A stretch of DNA of 23,858 bases. Source: Octopus sinensis (taxonomy: Eukaryota). Position 1 is the first letter of the stretch, and every line of letters starts with the position of its first letter. Position numbers and translations under genes: made by a program. This document shows positions 19,468 through 23,858 of this stretch, in pieces. The DNA is taken from the NCBI RefSeq assembly GCF_006345805.1, contig NW_021836519.1:1-23858 (forward strand), written 5' to 3'. The notes under the pieces are model-generated. The model was not told the DNA's origin and ran no database searches. It was given only the letters and a program-made list of their open reading frames with translations.

Positions 19468-20700
19468 ATGGATGGAACCAGAAGCAGGGGAATAGCCTGA
19501 TAAAGTAAGCAATTGAAGGCCCCAAGGTGAAGTTGACAGCCTACATCTCCTCTCGAACTTACAACAGGCTGCCCTTCTCATGATCCAACTCAGCCCTCAC
19601 GTAAGTGAAGAATGTACAGTGCCAAGTTGGAATTTTCCTCTATACTGCGATATACTCAACCAGTTACTGAAACCAGCTCGAACCCTATTAACTTACACAG
19701 AACAGGCAAAATGAACACCTGTCTCATGATCAGATAAGATGCATGTGTCAAGTGGGTCACTTTTGGAATTGAACCCCTTTCCTCTATACCGCGATGTACT
19801 CAGCCACTCACTGACACCACAGCAACTCCCTTTTCATTAACTTAATTAGCGCATTCCGTGGTGGCTCCAATAAAGTAGTAATTTTGAGTTCTAACCCCCT
19901 TTCCAGTTTTGAGACCCTTGCTCTGTTCAGATATTTATCCTGAATTTGCCCTCAAGATAAAGGACATCTGCAGAAGAAGAAAACGCAATTTCGTCGGAGG
20001 ATGTGAATGATGGAAGACCCCCAGGGAGATGCTACCAGTTTCAATCTATTCTGGAACTCGAAATGTTGTGAAGCAGCAGCTAGTCTCCCTCAAGACAGCT
20101 CCTACGGCCAGTTATATCCAGTTTGGCTCAAGATAAGCTGGCACCAGCGGGAGAAGAACACGCAATACCATTTAGTAAAGCGAATAAACTGAAAACTCGA
20201 TGGAGAATTTGGTGTCTCCGATTTACTTGTGTAGTCAGAACGGGTGAAATGAGTTGCTCTTGGTAAGAGGCAGCCGTCTTAAAGGCAGTGAAAAGTGCCT
20301 GTGCTAAATGGGCCGCAGCTGGAAATTGCTTGTTTTCCTCTATACTGCGATATACTCAACCAGTTACTGAACCCGACTCGAACCCTATTAACTTACACAC
20401 AGTACCCCACGATGAGTACGCTTTACAATAAGCCAGTTATTCGGCTCGCCAACTCTCTCTCTCTCTTAAAATAATATATTTTCGTTATCCAGATATTACA
20501 TCTGAATATCTGGCAATATCGAACTTTTAATATTCTCTGCGTGAAAAACCCATCAAAGTTGGTTTCTATCAACAAAATATTGGCAGAAGATCAGTTTTCG
20601 ATTTGGTCAGTTCAATACAAACGATAGCTGAACGGTTTTGACTTCGCTGACGACAGCAAATATCAAGGTTTGGTGGAATGATTGGGTACATTTCTATGAT
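19468..20700 (+). pseudogene. Second, partial copy of the unknown repeat-protein remnant
   Basis: One reading frame runs from ~19469 to ~20190 (EPEAGE*PDKVSN*RPQGEVD...FPLYCDILNQLL...FPLYRDVLSHSL...AGEEHAIPFSKAN) with scattered stops; preceded by acceptor-like atttctcttaag. Confidence 0.5.
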
Positions 20701-20720
20701 TGTGACACCTCTGTGTGTGT
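19698..20720. repeat. Right arm of the ~1.03 kb inverted duplication (partner 6271-7305)
   Basis: Direct reverse-complement match; ORF track gives near-identical peptides at 6810-6995(-) and 20007-20192(+). Confidence 0.95.
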
Positions 20721-21060
20721 GTGTGTGTGTGTTGTGTGTGTGTATGTGTGTGTGTGTGTGTGTGTGCGTTTGTGTGTATGTGTGAGTGTGTATGAGTGTG
20801 TGCGTGCGTGTGTGTGTGAGTGTGTGAGTGTGTGTGCGTGCGTGTGTGTGTGTTGTGTGTGTGTGTGAGTGTACATTTATAGCTATATTTATATATACAC
20901 GTGTATATGCATACACATATACAATAATATAAATACTTGACTGTAGCTATAGATACACACACACACACACACATACACACACACACACATGTACATATAT
21001 TGGTACAAACATACACACACATATCTGTCTATTATACATACATACATATATGCACACACT
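20711..21060. repeat. Compound (TG)n/(CA)n/(TA)n microsatellite tract
   Basis: Direct reading. Confidence 0.9.
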
Positions 21061-21751
21061 CAAACAAAAGTCCATGTGCGTGTACATACATCCGCGCATA
21101 TGACAGAAATTGTTTAGCCTTCTTCGTGATGACAAAAACCAATTAAGAATTAAAGATCAGATAGCCTACCCCCTCTACACTCATACCCCATACACAAACA
21201 CACACACACACACACGCTCGTATATACACATAGCAATCAACCTACTTAAAATAAAGCGATTAAGTGTGCGTGAGTGCACGCGACGACTGTTCCTCTACTC
21301 GCGTATACGCTTTATATACACGTAGCACATATATGCGTGTATATGAACATATATATATACATACACATACATACGTAACACATATATATGTATGTATGTA
21401 TATATATATTTATATATATATATTATATACACACACACATACACACACACAGATTCATATCTATCTGTTTATCGCTCAACGCATGTATATATATGTATGT
21501 ATATATATATATATATACATACATCAATATATATAATACTTACATACACACAGGCGCGCATACATACACACACACACAAACTCATGCCACCCACCCATGC
21601 CAACATCCTCCTCTTCGGTATATTTAGCTGATTAGTTTTAATGATATCAATCTGCAATGATATCGATATAATTATAGATTAGACAAGAGTGTGTTCGCCA
21701 TCACTATGGCCGCCATACAACTTCTCCGGCGGACGCCATTAAACATCGCTA

Positions 21752-22092
21752 GTTCGCCTTCCGATCGGGGTCGTCTGCCAATCGGGTTCGCCTGCCAATC
21801 GGGGTCGCCTGCCAATCGGGTTCACCTGCCAATCGGGGTTGCCTGCCAATCGGGTTCGCCTTCCGATCGGGGTCGCCTGCCAATCGGGTTCGCCTGCCAA
21901 TCGGGGTCACCTGCCATTCGGGTTCGCCTGCCAATCGGGTTCGCGTGCCAATCGGGTTCGCCTGCCGATCGGGGTCGCCTGCCAATCGGGGTCACCTGCC
22001 ATTCGGGTTCGCCTGCCAATCGGGTTCGCGTGCCAATCGGGTTCGCCTGCCGATCGGGGTCGCCTGCCATTCGGGTTCGCCTGCCAATCGGG
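21752..22092. repeat. GC-rich 17-bp minisatellite, ~20 units, consensus gccaatcgggttcgcct
   Basis: 19 full units (21760-22082) plus partial units; units 9-13 are exactly repeated as units 14-18 (85-bp block). Confidence 0.97.
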
Positions 22093-22130
22093 CTTCTTTC
22101 ATCACAAAACAATTTGCGTCTTTACACTGG

Positions 22131-22337
22131 TTTACTCTTTTACTTGTTTCGGTCATTTGACTGCGGCCATGCTGGAGCACCGCCTTTAGTTGAAGAAATC
22201 GACGCCGGGACTTATGCTTTGTAAGCCTGGTACTTATTCTATCGGTGTCTATTTGCCGAACCGCTAAGTTACGGGGGACGTAAACACTCCAAGATCAGTT
22301 GTCAAGCGATGGTGGGGCGGACAAACACAGACACACA
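22131..22337 (-). mobile_element. SINE family A 3' module only
   Basis: tttactcttttacttgtttcggtcatttgactgcggccatgctggagcaccgcc...gttgtcaagcgatgg. Confidence 0.85.
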
Positions 22338-22353
22338 AATATATGTGTATATA

Positions 22354-22512
22354 GGCGCAGGAGTGGCTGTGTGGTAAGTAGCTTGCTTACCAACCACATG
22401 CTTCCGGGTTCAGTCCCACTGCGTGGCGCCTTGGGCAAGTGACTTCTACTATGGCCTCGGACCGACCAAAGCCTTGTGAGTGGATTTAGTAGATGGAAAC
22501 TGAAAGAAGCCC
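22354..22512 (+). mobile_element. SINE family A 5' module only
   Basis: ggcgcaggagtggctgtgtggtaag...ggaaactgaaagaagccc. Confidence 0.88.
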
Positions 22513-22520
22513 TGTTTTAA

Positions 22521-22957
22521 ATGTGCGTATTGGTATGTATACAAGAAACAGCTGGGTTTCTCTCTCTAATATTTTACAAAGTTTAACCTACACAAGTTGC
22601 GAGAAACAAAATAGAATTTTTAGAAGTTTCTATAAAACTAGATTTTAAATATCGAATCACTATGGGGGTTCATCAGAATGAAACAGTAATCGAAGGGGTT
22701 TATAGATAAATGGTTGAGAACCCCTGCTTTAGATGTACGTGTTGGTATGTATTGCAAGAAACAGCTGGGGTTCTTTCTCTAATATTTTGGCATGGTTCAA
22801 CCTACACAAGTTACTGTGTGAGAAACAAAATAGGATTTTTAAAAGAAGTTTCTGTAAAACTAGTTTTGAAACATGGAATGGCAATGGGGGTCCACTAGAA
22901 TGAAATCATAATCGAAGAGATTCAAAGATAAAAAATGGTCGAGAACCGCTGCTCTAC
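22521..22957 (+). mobile_element. Two tandem right-end fragments (~210-225 bp) of a hAT/Charlie-like non-autonomous element
   Basis: Direct repeats 22521-22732 and 22733-22957, ending ggttgagaacccctg and ggtcgagaaccgctg (reverse complement CAGGGGTTCTCAACC, Charlie-type TIR), with an internal gggggtcca/gggggttca motif. Confidence 0.65.
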
Positions 22958-23124
22958 AACTCATTAATCTTTCTGGATTCTTGCATTGCTCATATGTAAC
23001 TGTGACATTCAAACCACCGAATTGCCTTTTCAGTGGTGGTCGTGGCTGGGTATAAGTGCACTGCAGCGGTGTACCTCATTTGCTATTTATGAAACACTAT
23101 TTCTGAAGGTACTATATATTTCTT

Positions 23125-23349
23125 TACTACCCAGAAGGGGCTAAACATAGAGGGGACAAACAAGAACAGACAAACGTTAAGTCGATTACATCGACCCCAG
23201 TGCGAACTGGTACTCTAATTTATATCGACCCCGAAAGGATGAAAGGCAAAGTCGCCTCGGCGGAATTTGAACCAACCCAGACGCCACGGCAGACGAAATA
23301 CGGCTACGCATTTCGCCCGGCGTGCTAACGTTTCTGCCAGCTCGCCGCC
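23125..23349 (-). mobile_element. tRNA-derived SINE, family D, with conserved central block
   Basis: Minus strand: ggcggcgagctggcagaaacg (A box), ggttcaaattcc (B box), tttgcctttcatcctttcggggtcgat central block. Direct repeat aaggtactata at 23106-23116 and 23355-23365 is a possible TSD. Confidence 0.8.
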
Positions 23350-23579
23350 ATATAAAGGTACTATACTGAAGGTACTATACTCCTAGCTACCTTTAGACGT
23401 GGCCTAACGAAGAATTTCCTTAGTTTCTTTTAATGAAATTTTGATATACTTTCGTCACTCCCGGTTTTTATTGTAATTTACTTTCATTTTTTTAGTACAA
23501 TTTACTTTCACTATTTTTATGGCAGTAGACTGCATATTATTAACCTGTTACCCTTCATGCTGTGTAAACGATATTATTA

Positions 23580-23835
23580 GTATTTTTTGTTCTTATTTTT
23601 TTTATTTTTCTATTTTTATTTTATTTCCAGTTTTTTTTTATTTTTATTCATTTTTTTGCTTTTTATTTTCATTTATTTTATTTTCTGCTTTTTATCTTTA
23701 TTCTTATTTATTTTAATTTTCTATTTTCATTCTTTGATTTATTCTTCATTTTTTTATTTATTTCTTTATTTTCTATTTCTATTTAACTTTTTTTTTTTCC
23801 TTTTCCTTCTTTATTATTTTATATATGTTTTCTTT
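23580..23835. repeat. T-rich low-complexity tract
   Basis: Direct reading. Confidence 0.9.
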
Positions 23836-23858
23836 CCCCCCCCCAACCGATTCTATCA

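Noticed and set aside
6271-20720. Giant TIR element (Maverick/Polinton-like) bounded by the 1-kb inverted arms
   Set aside because: No polB, integrase, ATPase or capsid ORF inside, no TSD or defined termini, and the arms are coding-like paralogs fading into microsatellites
21728-21753. Helitron-like 3' end (ggcg-ga-cgcc ... CTAG then t) directly before the minisatellite
   Set aside because: The stem is only 4 bp and no matching 5' end or family similarity was seen
21691-22224. 177-aa ORF with 17-aa periodicity (LPIGFACQSGSPANRVR) and ORFs in other frames
   Set aside because: The 17-bp unit lacks stop codons, so all frames stay open; the ORF runs into an antisense SINE. Also not a CRISPR array, since there are no unique spacers

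Overview
AT-rich, microsatellite-dense animal genomic DNA. The SINE families and repeat landscape suggest an octopus or other coleoid cephalopod, which is an inference from recalled repeat families and not a database result. No intact host gene is evident, and nearly all long ORFs in the supplied track are translations of (CA)n, (TA)n or (GA)n repeats. Recognisable content: about 13 tRNA-derived SINE copies or fragments from about 4 head types, a decayed R4/Dong-like (RLE) LINE 3' end, RTE-like LINE fragments, a Helitron deletion derivative carrying a PIF1-helicase C-terminal pseudogene, a second Helitron nested inside a TIR MITE, another copy of that MITE inside a SINE, Penelope-like terminal remnants with hammerhead-like cores, and hAT and mariner end fragments. 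Two things remain unexplained. One is a ~2 kb decayed, internally repetitive protein-coding-like sequence (AGEE-led modules) at 6290-8345(-), partly duplicated in inverted orientation at ~19.5-20.7 kb with a sharp identity step. The other is a GC-rich 17-bp minisatellite built on a CCAAT-box core at 21752-22092. All alignments and counts were done by eye, so boundaries are approximate.
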